Shown here one piece after another: positions 8,969-18,260 of a stretch of DNA of 64,000 nt. The notes under the pieces were generated by a model that did no database searches, was not told the DNA's origin, and worked only from the letters and a program-made list of their open reading frames with translations. The stretch spans positions 179,020-243,019 of the forward strand of contig CAWJHU010000001.1 in the NCBI GenBank assembly GCA_963842815.1, given 5' to 3'. Numbering within the stretch: position 1 is the stretch's first letter; each line of letters begins with the position of its first letter. A program made the position numbers and the translations under genes. Source of the DNA: Candidatus Nomurabacteria bacterium. GTDB taxonomy: Bacteria > Patescibacteriota > Minisyncoccia > Phycocordibacterales > UBA9973.

Positions 8969-10018
8969 GTGTTTTTTGCGCCCTTTACAGCAAAAGCCGG
9001 TTTTTTCTCTGCCCTTCTAGGAAACGAAGCCTCGGCTGATGCAACAGCAACAGATTCTTCCACCAAAAATTGCCAAACGATGAATCTTCTTCAAGCAAAT
9101 GTCTCTTCTGCCCCGATTTTACAAGACAAAGACAACACGGACAATGACGGAGGGGTTAAAAGCGACACAAATGTTAACATTTCTGGGAACGCTCTTTCCC
9201 CCGCAACCAGCCACGTCGGAGCATCGGACAATTTAAACACCGGAGATTCACCCACCGACCAAATAAGTGTTTACGTGGTAAGGAAAGGCGATTCTATTAC
9301 TTGGATAGCGCAGACTTTCGGAGTTTCTGTTGATACCATCTATTGGGCCAATAATATGAAAAAAGGAGACAAGCTTGTCGAGGGAGACACGCTTTTTATT
9401 TTGCCGGTTTCCGGGGTTAAGGTGACAGTTGCTAAGGGAGATACATTAAAAAGCATAGCCAAAAAGTATAACGTGGATGTTTCCGATATAGCCGGCTATA
9501 ATGGAATTCCTGAAAATGCAAAATTGGCAGTTGGAGATGAACTCATTATTCCTGATGGGGAAATGGCGGATGAAGGTTCGGCTGTATCAGTCCCGAAAAC
9601 AAATTCTGGCAGTTATATAAGAACCCCTATTGTTTATATTCCGGGATACTTTATTAACCCTGTTCCTGATTATAAATATAGAAGTCAGGGTCTTCATGAC
9701 CACGGAGAGGCTATTGATTTAGCGGCAAATAAAGGATCATCCATATTGGCTTCAGCCGCCGGAACAATTATTTTTGCCCGCAACGGTTATAACGGAGGCT
9801 ACGGCAACATGGTTATCATTGACCATCCGAACGGAACACAAACTCTCTATGGTCATATGTCAAAAATTTTAATTCATACCGGCGATGATGTTTATCAGGG
9901 ACAATTAATCGGCTTAGTTGGTTCTACTGGCCACTCAACCGGACCTCATTTGCATTTCAGAGTAATGGGAGCAAGAAATCCCGGAGGAGATACCCCTATG
10001 TCCTGGGCAACTCAATAG
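8969..10018 (+). CDS. LysM-domain (x2) M23 family metallopeptidase (cell-wall hydrolase)
   Basis: There are two LysM-like segments (VVRKGDSITWIAQTFGVSVDTIYWANN and VTVAKGDTLKSIAKKYNVDVSDIAGYNGI). The M23 motifs are HDHGEAIDLA ... GSTGHSTGPHLHF. The hydrophobic N-terminus suggests a signal peptide. The true start may lie upstream of the GTG at 8969. Confidence 0.8.
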   Translation: MFFAPFTAKAGFFSALLGNEASADATATDSSTKNCQTMNLLQANVSSAPILQDKDNTDNDGGVKSDTNVNISGNALSPATSHVGASDNLNTGDSPTDQISVYVVRKGDSITWIAQTFGVSVDTIYWANNMKKGDKLVEGDTLFILPVSGVKVTVAKGDTLKSIAKKYNVDVSDIAGYNGIPENAKLAVGDELIIPDGEMADEGSAVSVPKTNSGSYIRTPIVYIPGYFINPVPDYKYRSQGLHDHGEAIDLAANKGSSILASAAGTIIFARNGYNGGYGNMVIIDHPNGTQTLYGHMSKILIHTGDDVYQGQLIGLVGSTGHSTGPHLHFRVMGARNPGGDTPMSWATQ

Positions 10019-10061
10019 AGAAAAAAGAATATTAATGCTTTTTAGAAAATTTCAAAAACAA

Positions 10062-10140
10062 TGTTTTTAAGGGGTTTCGAGCGCGACGGCGCGAGAATTT
10101 CAGGATTTTTTAAGCTTCAAAAAATCCGTACCGGCAAAAA
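10062..10140. repeat. Intergenic repeat copy 1 (79 bp) with GC-rich 17-mer core GAGCGCGACGGCGCGAG, embedded in a ~110-nt long hairpin (arms 10047..10068 / 10136..10157)
   Basis: Near-exact duplicate at 15426..15504. The 17-mer recurs (reverse orientation) at 22186..22202 inside another long hairpin. Internal hairpin GGATTTTTTAAG/CTTCAAAAAATCC. Confidence 0.8.
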
Positions 10141-10157
10141 TATTGTTTTTGAAATTT

Positions 10158-10883
10158 TTATACTCCTGCCAATTTTATTGCACTGTATAAAACAGTGACC
10201 CCCAATATTGTAGCAACTGTGGTCCACATTGTGGGGTGATTATGATGGCTTTCAGGCAGTAAATCCGAGGCTCCAATATACAGAAAAAACCCACTAAATA
10301 TGGCTAAAATCACGCCTAGAGTGGCTTCAGAAACCGAAAAAAACAAAGTAGAAGTTATTCCCAAAACCGGAGCAATGGCATCAACAGAGAGCCATTTGAA
10401 TGCCTGTTTTTGTGTACCAGAATTTTTTAAAATCATATTTACCGTATTTATTCCGTCGGAAAAATCATGTACCAAGACGGCAACAGCTACAATGGCGCCG
10501 ACGGCGCTTGATACTTGAAAAGCCAAGCCGATGGCAACGCCATCCAAAAAACTGTGTATAGACAAACTTCCGGCCCCGAGCAACCCCCTCCTATTAGGAG
10601 GACAATTTTCGCTGTTGTGGTCGGAATGCGAATGAAAGAAAAAAAGTCTGTCCAAAAGCATGTAAACAATAAAACCAAGAGCCACAATGGAAGTAATAAA
10701 AGCGATATCATAACTTTGTTTCCCTAGGCTCAATGCCTCCGGCAATAAATCAAAAAAGGCTACGCCGATAACTGCTCCGGCCGAAAAACCTAAAATCAAA
10801 TGTAACTTATCTTTAAAACGCAAAGCAAAAATTCCGCCTAAAAAAGTGGAAACCAATGTCGCTATGCTTATCAAAATAATCAT
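10158..10883 (-). CDS. ZIP family metal (zinc) transporter, ZupT-like
   Basis: Multi-TM protein with a His-rich loop HSHSDHNSENCPP and the HDFSDG / HNHP motifs typical of ZIP transporters. Confidence 0.65.
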   Translation of the reverse strand: MIILISIATLVSTFLGGIFALRFKDKLHLILGFSAGAVIGVAFFDLLPEALSLGKQSYDIAFITSIVALGFIVYMLLDRLFFFHSHSDHNSENCPPNRRGLLGAGSLSIHSFLDGVAIGLAFQVSSAVGAIVAVAVLVHDFSDGINTVNMILKNSGTQKQAFKWLSVDAIAPVLGITSTLFFSVSEATLGVILAIFSGFFLYIGASDLLPESHHNHPTMWTTVATILGVTVLYSAIKLAGV

Positions 10884-10884
10884 G

Positions 10885-10955
10885 TGCGGGATGGGAGAAT
10901 CGAACTCCCAACCTCAGTTTGGAAAACTGACGTTTTACCATTAAACTAATCCCGC
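10885..10955 (-). tRNA. tRNA-Gly (anticodon TCC)
   Basis: Cloverleaf on the reverse complement. Acceptor GCGGGAT/ATCCCGC, D-stem GTTT/AAAC, anticodon stem TCAGT/ACTGA with loop TTTCCAA, T-arm GGGAG-TTCGATT-CTCCC. Confidence 0.75.
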
Positions 10956-10979
10956 AAACATTTATTTTTTGTCGAAGAG

Positions 10980-11050
10980 TCGGGCTGCTGGGAATTGAAC
11001 CCAGTCTAAACGCTCCCAAAGCGCTTGTACTACCGGTATACTACAGCCCG
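10980..11050 (-). tRNA. tRNA-Pro (anticodon TGG)
   Basis: Reverse complement CGGGCTG..., anticodon stem AGCGC/GCGTT with loop TTTGGGA, T-arm CTGGG-TTCAATT-CCCAG, acceptor closes with CAGCCCG + A. Confidence 0.7.
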
Positions 11051-11064
11051 ATTAGATAAAAGTA

Positions 11065-11475
11065 TCATAAAATTATATCTTCCACAACTTTTATCCTCGC
11101 TTTTTTGTTTTTTATATCTAAAAAAACCACTAATAAATCAACCTGCCATTCCTTTTCTTCGTTCACTTTTTCACTTAAAAGATAAGTTTGAATTGTCCGT
11201 GACATTCTTTTCAATTTCCATGGATGCATATTGTCTTCCGGATGGTAATTGTCCATCGTTTCACGATTAACATCATCCAAGGTTTCACGCGAAACACTTT
11301 TTACCTCAACAAAGTGCAACTTCCCTTCTTTTTCAGCCACGATATCTATTTCTCCCCATTTTTTAGTATAATTACGGCTCAGTATTGAAAAACCATGTTT
11401 CATGAGAAACCTTACGGCGGTGTTCTCGCCAATTTCCCCTATCTTTTGTGTTTCTGAAGTAAAAACCTTTGGCAT
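11065..11475 (-). CDS. yraN: YraN/UPF0102 family endonuclease
   Basis: GEIGENTAVRFLMKHGFSILSRNYTKKWGEIDIVAEKEGKLHFVEVKS matches the UPF0102 GEIDII...FVEVK signature. Confidence 0.7.
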   Translation of the reverse strand: MPKVFTSETQKIGEIGENTAVRFLMKHGFSILSRNYTKKWGEIDIVAEKEGKLHFVEVKSVSRETLDDVNRETMDNYHPEDNMHPWKLKRMSRTIQTYLLSEKVNEEKEWQVDLLVVFLDIKNKKARIKVVEDIIL

Positions 11476-11726
11476 TTTCTCTTTGTTTCATGTAAAACAC
11501 TCAAAATAGTGTTTCACGTGAAGGAAATTACTTAATTTTATGTCTTTTAATATAATATCCTTATTTTGTAACGTATTTTTGATAAATTGGCCATAAAAGA
11601 CAACATTTCAATGTGTCCTTTATGAACATTACCAACATAGTTATCCACAGTTTTTAATAAAATCCTTATGAATAAAGGAGAAACTAAAAGACACATAGTT
11701 GATAACTAAACTTATCCTTTTTTATG

Positions 11727-11798
11727 TGCACCCGGAGGGATTCGAACCCCCAACAACTGCTTCGAAGGCAGGGATGATATCCATTTCACCACGGGTGC
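11727..11798 (-). tRNA. tRNA-Arg (anticodon TCG)
   Basis: Reverse complement GCACCCG-TG-GTGA..TCAT-C-CCTGC-CTTCGAA-GCAGT-...GGGGG-TTCGAAT-CCCTC-CGGGTGC-A. There is one mismatch in the anticodon stem. Confidence 0.6.
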
Positions 11799-11909
11799 AA
11801 GGCTGTTTATTATACTATAATTTTTTTTAATTAACAAAATTGCAATATTTTTACTAAAATATTATAATTGACTGACTTATTATTAATAAAACAAGTATAA
11901 CAAATAATA

Positions 11910-11980
11910 GCGGTTATGGTTTAGTGGTAGAACACGTCCTTGCCAAGGATGAGACGGGAGTTCGATTCTCCCTAGCCGCA
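11910..11980 (+). tRNA. tRNA-Gly (anticodon GCC)
   Basis: GCGGTTA...anticodon stem CGTCC/GGATG with loop TTGCCAA; T-arm GGGAG-TTCGATT-CTCCC; acceptor TAGCCGC + A. Confidence 0.75.
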
Positions 11981-12112
11981 CAAAAAAGTTTTTATGATTA
12001 ATTCAAAAACTTAATATCTAAAATCCCTAAAGAGGTTTCATATGTAACGGACACGCTTGAAAAAGCTGGTTTTGAAGCATACCTGGTTGGCGGATGTGTT
12101 AGGGATATTTTA

Positions 12113-13569
12113 ATGGACAGAGAGCCAAAAGATTGGGACGTAACCACTAACGCCAAACCGGAACAAATCATCAAACTTTTCCCAAAAACGGTCTATGAGA
12201 ATGAATTTGGAACCGTAATGGTTATTCAGGAAGATGTTCCTTATGAAACATTACGTCAAATAGAGGTTACGCCATATAGAATTGAGACAAAATATAGTGA
12301 TTTTAGACACCCAGACGAAGTAAAATTCAGCGACAAATTAGAAGATGACCTTAAAAGACGTGATTTTACTATAAATGCCATGGCCTTTAGAAATACAAAA
12401 GGCAATTCTAGTATAACGGACATGTTTGATGGATTAAAGGACATCAAAGATAAAATGTTAAAGGCAGTAGGGAACCCGGATGATCGTTTTAAAGAAGATG
12501 CTCTCCGAATGTTGCGAGCTGTGCGCATAGCTTTACAGCTTGGTTTTTCTGTGTCCTATGAAAGCAGTGAAAGTATTTTAAAAAATGCAAATTTAATAAA
12601 AAAAATTTCACCGGAAAGAATTCGCGATGAATTTACAAAAATAATTTTATCGGAAAATCCGTCTGTAGGAATTGTAATGCTGCAAAAATTGGATTGCTGA
12701 AAAATATAATTCCAGAATTGGAAGAGGGGATTGATTGTGAGCAAGGAGGGGAGCATATTTACGATGTTTTTAACCATTTGCTTCATGCCTTGCAACATTC
12801 GGCGGACAAGAATTGGCCTTTAGAAGTAAGGCTCGCAGCGCTTTTTCACGATATTGGGAAACCAAAATCTAAACGACTTGCTCCGCAGGAAAATGCTCTC
12901 CGTCATTCGCATTCCATCCTGGAAGGGCAAGATATTTCTGGCCGCAGCGAAGATTCCTCCGAGCATCTTCCTGCTACGCGAAAACAATTTACATTTTACG
13001 GTCATGAAGTTGTTAGTACAAAAATGGCAAAAAAAATAATGGAGCGATTAAAATTTTCCAAAAAAGAGATTGAATTAGTGGAAAAATTAGTTCGCAATCA
13101 TATGTTTTTTTCCGATACGGAATTAATTACGCTTTCCGCGGTGCGAAGAATTATTACCAAAGTTGGCAAGGAAAATATTTGGCTCCTGATGGATGTCCGT
13201 GAGTGCGATAGAGTGGGAATGAAGAAAAAAGAAACGCCCTATCGTCTGCGAAAATATTTTGCCATGATAGAAGAGGCATTGCACGATCCGATTTCTGTCG
13301 GACAGCTGAAAATTAATGGAGAATTTATGATAAAAGAGCTGGGAATTGTCCCCGGACCAAGAATGGGGTGGATTTTACATGCGCTTTTAGAAGAAGTATT
13401 GGATGATCCGAAAAAAAATACCAAAGAACATCTTTCAGAATTAGTTAAATCATTAAATGTACTTCCTGATGATGCCTTAAGGACATTGGGCGAGCGCGGA
13501 AAAGAAAAAAAAGAAGAGCTGGAAGAAAAAGAAATAGAAAAATTACATACAAAACATGGAGTGAGGTAA
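12113..13569 (+). CDS. cca: CCA-adding tRNA nucleotidyltransferase with HD domain. The true start is probably upstream (~12040) and there is one frame break at 12691..12692 (GG vs expected GGG)
   Basis: The head domain is (Y)LVGGCVRDILMDREPKDWDVTT...RRDFTINAMA. The HD domain is LAALFHDIGKPKS...FYGHEVV. Adding one G gives the continuous ...IVMLQKLGLLKNIIPELEE. Confidence 0.75.
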
Positions 13570-13590
13570 AAAATATGTTAAGATAAAAAT

Positions 13591-14499
13591 ATGAAGATTG
13601 GAATTTTTGATTCGGGGGTGGGAGGGCTGATTATTGCCAAGGCAATAAGAAAAGCGATGCCGGAATATGATTACGTTTATTTGGGAGACACAAAAAGAGT
13701 GCCCTATGGCAATCGTTCACACCAGGCTGTATTTGAGTTTACCAAAGAGGCGATGAATTATTTATTTAAGAAAGAAAATTGCGCCATTGTTATCATTGCT
13801 TGCAACACCGTTTCAGCCAGAGCGCTCCGAAGAATCCAACAGGAATATTTGATTGATTACAACAATACCCGCAGATTGATGGGGGAGTCTGTTGAAAGAA
13901 AAATACTTGGAGTTTTAATTCCTACAGCCGAGGAATGCGCCAAATATGGAAGAGTGGGAATTTTAGGAACTTCCGGAACCATAAACTCAAATACTTTTCC
14001 GAAAGAGGTCAAAAAAAAGAATTCATTACTTTTTCACGGCTCGCACTCGAACCTGAATGTGGTTCACGAACCTAATATTGCGTATGCCGAAAAAAGTAAG
14101 AATTCTTTTTCTAGAACAAAAGTTTTTCAAAACTCTGCGCCTATGCTGGTGCCTTTGATTGAAGAAGGGGAGAAAGTTTTGGCCAAGGAATTTCTTAAAA
14201 AATATTTAAAACCATTTTTAAATAAAAAATTGGATGCAGTTGCTCTTGGTTGCACTCATTATCCATTTTATAAGAACGAAATTAAAAAAATTCTCGGCAA
14301 AAAAGTAAAAGTAATTTCTCAGGATGAAATTGTTCCCAAAAAACTGAAAGATTATTTTGTCCAGCATCCGGAACTTGTAAAAAGATTGGCCCAAAATGGC
14401 AAAGCCAAAATTCTTGTTACCGATATAACTCCCAATATAATAAAACTGTCTAAAAAATGGTTCGGTAAAAATGCAAGGCCGGAATTAATTGAAATATAA
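13591..14499 (+). CDS. murI: Glutamate racemase MurI (with ~30-aa internal insertion)
   Basis: MKIGIFDSGVGGL, IIACNTVS and ALGCTHYP motifs. Extra segment NSLLFHGSHSNLNVVHEPNIAYAEKSKNSFS before PMLVPLIEEG. Confidence 0.8.
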   Translation: MKIGIFDSGVGGLIIAKAIRKAMPEYDYVYLGDTKRVPYGNRSHQAVFEFTKEAMNYLFKKENCAIVIIACNTVSARALRRIQQEYLIDYNNTRRLMGESVERKILGVLIPTAEECAKYGRVGILGTSGTINSNTFPKEVKKKNSLLFHGSHSNLNVVHEPNIAYAEKSKNSFSRTKVFQNSAPMLVPLIEEGEKVLAKEFLKKYLKPFLNKKLDAVALGCTHYPFYKNEIKKILGKKVKVISQDEIVPKKLKDYFVQHPELVKRLAQNGKAKILVTDITPNIIKLSKKWFGKNARPELIEI

Positions 14500-14507
14500 A
14501 ATAAAAT

Positions 14508-14591
14508 GCCGTGGTGGCGAAATTGGTAGACGCGCTAGTTTCAGGTACTAGTGGAAGCAATTCCTTGGGAGTTCGAGTCTCCCCCACGGCA
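14508..14591 (+). tRNA. tRNA-Leu (anticodon CAG), long variable arm
   Basis: GCCGTGG..., anticodon stem CTAGT/ACTAG with loop TTCAGGT, long variable arm, T-arm GGGAG-TTCGAGT-CTCCC. Confidence 0.75.
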
Positions 14592-14601
14592 CAAAAAATT
14601 T

Positions 14602-15369
14602 TTACATCTCCAGCCAAATCGGGCAATGGTCGGAACCGTAATAATCGGACATTATGCCTGTACTTTTTATTTTAGGAACAATTTCAGAACTGGCGAAAAA
14701 ATAGTCAAAACGCCAGCCGACATTTCTATCCCTGGCAAAAGTTTTCATGTCCCAATAGGTGTAGGCGCCGATTTTATCCGGATAAAATTTTCTGAAAACA
14801 TCTATAAAATTATTTTTAATTACTTTATCAATCCAAGCGCGTTCAATGGGTAGGAAGCCGGTATTTTCTTCGTTTGCTTTCGGACGAGCCAAATCTATTT
14901 CTTTATGAGAAGTATTTACATCTCCGCAAAAAATAACGTGTTCGCCATTCTTTCGCAATCTCAGGATAAATTTTAAAAAGGCGTCATAAAATTCAAGTTT
15001 GTATTTCAGGCGCGCCGGACCTTGTCCGCCGTTCGGGAAATAAGCAGTGATTATAGTGAAATTTTTATATTTAGCGCCCACCAGTCTGCCTTCATCGTCA
15101 AACTTTTTGATGCCCATGCCATAAAAAACTTCCTTCGGTTTCTCTTTGGAATAAATTGCCACTCCGCTGTAGCCTTTTCTTAATTTGGAAGAAGAAAAAT
15201 AAGAATAATACCCGGGCACATTTCGTGTTTCTTCTGTAAGTTGTTCCGGCTCCGCTTTTGTTTCCTGCAGACACAAAATATCCGGCTTCCCTTCGGCGAA
15301 CAGGGGATTAAAAAATCCTTGTTTGGCGGTGGCTCTTAACCCATTTGTGTTCCACGAAACTATTTTCAT
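14602..15369 (-). CDS. xth: Exodeoxyribonuclease III (AP endonuclease)
   Basis: MKIVSWNTNGLRA...LCLQETK...WDYF...GSDHCP, the Xth/APE1 EEP-family signature. Confidence 0.85.
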   Translation of the reverse strand: MKIVSWNTNGLRATAKQGFFNPLFAEGKPDILCLQETKAEPEQLTEETRNVPGYYSYFSSSKLRKGYSGVAIYSKEKPKEVFYGMGIKKFDDEGRLVGAKYKNFTIITAYFPNGGQGPARLKYKLEFYDAFLKFILRLRKNGEHVIFCGDVNTSHKEIDLARPKANEENTGFLPIERAWIDKVIKNNFIDVFRKFYPDKIGAYTYWDMKTFARDRNVGWRFDYFFASSEIVPKIKSTGIMSDYYGSDHCPIWLEM

Positions 15370-15425
15370 ATATTATTATGATAGCATAAAGTTTCACGGA
15401 TTTATTAGTAAAAAATAGGAAAATA

Positions 15426-15504
15426 TCTTTTTAAGGGGTTTCGAGCGCGACGGCGCGAGAATTTCAGGATTTTTTAAGCTTCAAAAAATCCGTACCGGCA
15501 AAAA
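15426..15504. repeat. Intergenic repeat copy 2 (79 bp) with 17-mer core, inside a long hairpin
   Basis: Near-identical to 10062..10140. Flanking arms AAAATATCTTTTT / AAAAAGATGTTTT are inverted. Confidence 0.8.
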
Positions 15505-15519
15505 GATGTTTTTTATTTT

Positions 15520-16434
15520 TTACTTTCTGCTGTGAAACTTTTTATGCACATCCAATAATTGTTTGTCGGTAACGTGCGTGTAGATTTGAGTGGTGGCAAT
15601 ATTTGAATGCCCTAGCATCATTTGTACACTCCTGATATCTGCGCCATTTTGCAATAAGTCGGTAGCGAAGCAATGTCTGATAATATGCGGAGTAACTTTT
15701 TTTGAAATGCCGGCCCTGATGGCATATTGCTTTACGATTCTCTCAATGGATCTCTTGGTCAATGGGCCGGTTTCTTTTTCAGAAGTTTCCTTTCCTACTT
15801 TTACAAAAAGGGCGTCGTCCATATCTTTTCGCAACGTCAGATATTTTTTAATAGCATTTTTCGCTTCTTGGGATATAAAAACTACGCGAACTTTTCCGCC
15901 TTTTCCGCGAATGGAAAATTGTTCAGAATGGAGATCAATATCATTAGTTAAACTGCAAAGTTCCGAAACGCGGAGACCGGTAGAAAAAAGAAGTTCCAAG
16001 ATAGCTTTATCTCGGAGTGATTTTATATCATTTCCTTTGGGAGCATCCAACAAACGGTGGAGTTCTGTTTGAGAAATTAAATCCAGAGATCTTTCGCTAA
16101 TCTTAGCCAATTCTATCCGCTCGGCGGACATAGTTTCTATTTCTTGCCGTGCCAGATATTTTAAAAATGCCCTGATGGCTATCAGGTAATAATTTTGAGT
16201 TTTCTTAGTTAAAGTTTCGCCGGTTGCCCTATTGTTGCCGGTGGATTGGCGGTTGAGCCAAAGGCGGAATTCTCGCACCACATTGTCGTTTATTTTTGCC
16301 GGATTATCATTTTTTATAAAATCTAAAAAGCGAGTGAGATAATGGTCGTAGTTTCTGACAGTATTGAGCGCTCGGCCTCTTTCTATTTCCACATATTCCA
16401 AAAATTGAGTTTTGAGCTGTTTTAAAGATGCCAT
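15520..16434 (-). CDS. xerD: Tyrosine recombinase XerC/XerD
   Basis: Phage-integrase N-terminal SAM-like domain plus C-terminal R..HxxR..Y motifs (RHCFATDLLQNGADIRSVQMMLGHSNIATTQIYTHV). Confidence 0.8.
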   Translation of the reverse strand: MASLKQLKTQFLEYVEIERGRALNTVRNYDHYLTRFLDFIKNDNPAKINDNVVREFRLWLNRQSTGNNRATGETLTKKTQNYYLIAIRAFLKYLARQEIETMSAERIELAKISERSLDLISQTELHRLLDAPKGNDIKSLRDKAILELLFSTGLRVSELCSLTNDIDLHSEQFSIRGKGGKVRVVFISQEAKNAIKKYLTLRKDMDDALFVKVGKETSEKETGPLTKRSIERIVKQYAIRAGISKKVTPHIIRHCFATDLLQNGADIRSVQMMLGHSNIATTQIYTHVTDKQLLDVHKKFHSRK

Positions 16435-16503
16435 AGTTTAAGTATACCAAATATTGTGCGACATCGCTGTTTTATCTTGCAAATTCAACGACTTTATGCT
16501 AAG

Positions 16504-16776
16504 ATGAAGCCCATGTTAACTACCAAGAAAAAGCAAACAGTTATAAAGAAAAACCAAGTTCACGAGAAAGATACAGGCTCTTCCGAGGTGCAGGTGGCTG
16601 TTTTGTCTACCCAAATAGAGGAGTTAGCCAAGCATTTAAAGAAACACAAAAAAGACAATAGTTCTCGCCGGGGACTCATTAAAATGGTGGCTGACAGACG
16701 CACTCATTTGAAATATTTGGAACGCAAAAACAAGCCCCGCTATAATGCACTCATGAAGAAGATGAATCTCTCCTAG
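16504..16776 (+). CDS. rpsO: 30S ribosomal protein S15
   Basis: ...DTGSSEVQVAVLSTQIEELAKHLKKHKKDNSSRRGLIKMVADRRTHLKYL is the classic S15 sequence. The start is chosen at the internal ATG (16504 or 16513) rather than the track's 16456. Confidence 0.8.
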   Translation: MKPMLTTKKKQTVIKKNQVHEKDTGSSEVQVAVLSTQIEELAKHLKKHKKDNSSRRGLIKMVADRRTHLKYLERKNKPRYNALMKKMNLS

Positions 16777-16796
16777 TTTTTTGCTATACTTAATCT

Positions 16797-17303
16797 ATGA
16801 CAGTTATAAAAAATAAGGAGCAGAGAGTAGGAGTTTTTATTGATACGCAAAATCTATATCATTCGGCTCGCAATTTATACAACGCGCGGGTAAATTTCGG
16901 CGCAGTTCTGAAAGAAGCGGTAGCGGGCAGAAAACTTGTCCGGGCGGTGGCTTATGTCATTACTTCCGAAGCGGGTGATGAGAAAAATTTTTTTGAAGCG
17001 CTGGAAAAACTTGGCATTGAAACAAAAACAAAAGATTTGCAAGTTTACGGTGGCTTTAAAAAAGGCGATTGGGATGTCGGCTTGGCAGTGGATGCCATTA
17101 AGTTTGCGCCCAAATTGGATGCTGTCGTGCTTGTCGCCGGTGACGGCGATTATGTGCCTATGGTTGAATATATTCAGAACATAGGTACGCAAGTGGAAGC
17201 TATTTCTTTCGGCAAATCAACTTCCGGCAAACTTCGCGAAGCGGTGGATGATTTTATTGACCTTTCTTTGAATCCGAAGAAATATTTAATAGGGGTGAGG
17301 TAA
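16797..17303 (+). CDS. NYN-domain (LabA-like, PIN-like nuclease fold) protein, paralog 1 of 3 in window
   Basis: VGVFIDTQNLY ... VLVAGDGDYVPMV matches the NYN/LabA fold signature. Confidence 0.65.
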   Translation: MTVIKNKEQRVGVFIDTQNLYHSARNLYNARVNFGAVLKEAVAGRKLVRAVAYVITSEAGDEKNFFEALEKLGIETKTKDLQVYGGFKKGDWDVGLAVDAIKFAPKLDAVVLVAGDGDYVPMVEYIQNIGTQVEAISFGKSTSGKLREAVDDFIDLSLNPKKYLIGVR

Positions 17304-17338
17304 ACCTAGGTACTAAATTTAATGTGTGGGTAAATGTA

Positions 17339-17367
17339 TTGACATTGTCATTACATTAATATATGCT
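17339..17367 (+). promoter_or_regulatory. Sigma70 promoter (TTGACA-17-TATGCT) with operator-like palindrome TGACATTGTCA for the dinJ-yafQ pair
   Basis: -35 at 17339..17344, -10 at 17362..17367. The palindrome overlaps the -35 and spacer. The ATG at 17376 implies a leaderless or short-leader mRNA. Confidence 0.5.
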
Positions 17368-17375
17368 TGTATTAT

Positions 17376-17651
17376 ATGAATACAACAATACAAATTAGAA
17401 TAGATTCACCTACTAAATTAAAAGCCCAAAAAGCATTTAAGAATATGGGACTAGATTTATCTTCTGGAATTAAATATCTTTTAACTCAAGTAAGCAACTC
17501 AAATAGTCTTTCTTATATTTGTGATTTTGGATATTTACATAAATATACTCCAGAAATGTTGAAACAATTCCAAAAAGAGGAGAAGTTAGCTTTAAAAAAG
17601 AAACCACGTTTTTCTTCAGTTAAGGAAATGTTTGATGATTTAGAAAAATAA
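17376..17651 (+). CDS. dinJ: Type II antitoxin, RelB/DinJ family
   Basis: IQIRIDSPTKLKAQKAFKNMGLDLSSGIKYLLTQV fits a ribbon-helix-helix DinJ-like N-terminus. It is 1 nt from the toxin gene. Confidence 0.7.
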   Translation: MNTTIQIRIDSPTKLKAQKAFKNMGLDLSSGIKYLLTQVSNSNSLSYICDFGYLHKYTPEMLKQFQKEEKLALKKKPRFSSVKEMFDDLEK

Positions 17652-17927
17652 ATGCTAATTCCCGAATACTTAAATTCTTTTAGAAAATCTTATAAAAATT
17701 TCCGTCGGGGTGGAAGAATATCTCGTGCTGATGTGGAGGATATTGTTTTAATGATTACTCAGGGAGAAATTCTCCCAATAAGATGCAAAGATCATAAACT
17801 AACAGGAGAATATGAAGGATATAGAGAGTGTCACATAAAAAAAGATATTTTAATTATTTACAAAATAGATAAATTACGCTCCTTATTAATCTTGAGAAAT
17901 ATAGGCACCCATTCAGAACTTTTTTAA
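17652..17927 (+). CDS. yafQ: Type II toxin, YafQ/RelE family mRNA interferase
   Basis: DHKLTGEYEGYRECHIKKDILIIYKIDK...LRNIGTHSELF is the YafQ signature. Confidence 0.75.
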   Translation: MLIPEYLNSFRKSYKNFRRGGRISRADVEDIVLMITQGEILPIRCKDHKLTGEYEGYRECHIKKDILIIYKIDKLRSLLILRNIGTHSELF

Positions 17928-17947
17928 GAGTATTGAACTAATTAGAA

Positions 17948-18241
17948 TTATTGATTTTCATCAATCTTTAAAAGCAAAGATTCTTCTTCTTTTAAGATAC
18001 TGTCTAAAGAAATTTTATTTTTAGTTTTAAAAGCTTTACTTTTTTCCATTATGTTCTTAGTTAAAACATCAAATATAGATGGGTCTTTAGTTAATATTTC
18101 TGCCATGTCTTTTAATTGGTTATCGCTGAGACTAACTAAAAATCGAAGCCATATTTCCTTTTGACTAGACGAAACATTTGATGCCCTAAGCAAATTTCCA
18201 ATAGGATGAGGTATTTTTTTGTGCTCTGTGTTAATAATCAT
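17948..18241 (-). CDS. Hypothetical protein (97 aa)
   Basis: ORF only. Confidence 0.35.
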   Translation of the reverse strand: MIINTEHKKIPHPIGNLLRASNVSSSQKEIWLRFLVSLSDNQLKDMAEILTKDPSIFDVLTKNIMEKSKAFKTKNKISLDSILKEEESLLLKIDENQ

Positions 18242-18260
18242 GATTGTTTATTATACAAGA

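Noticed and set aside
10062-10140. Interpreting the 79-bp repeat simply as rho-independent terminators
   Set aside because: The internal hairpin is not followed by a U-tract on either strand. The element is better described as a repeat/hairpin family of unknown role.
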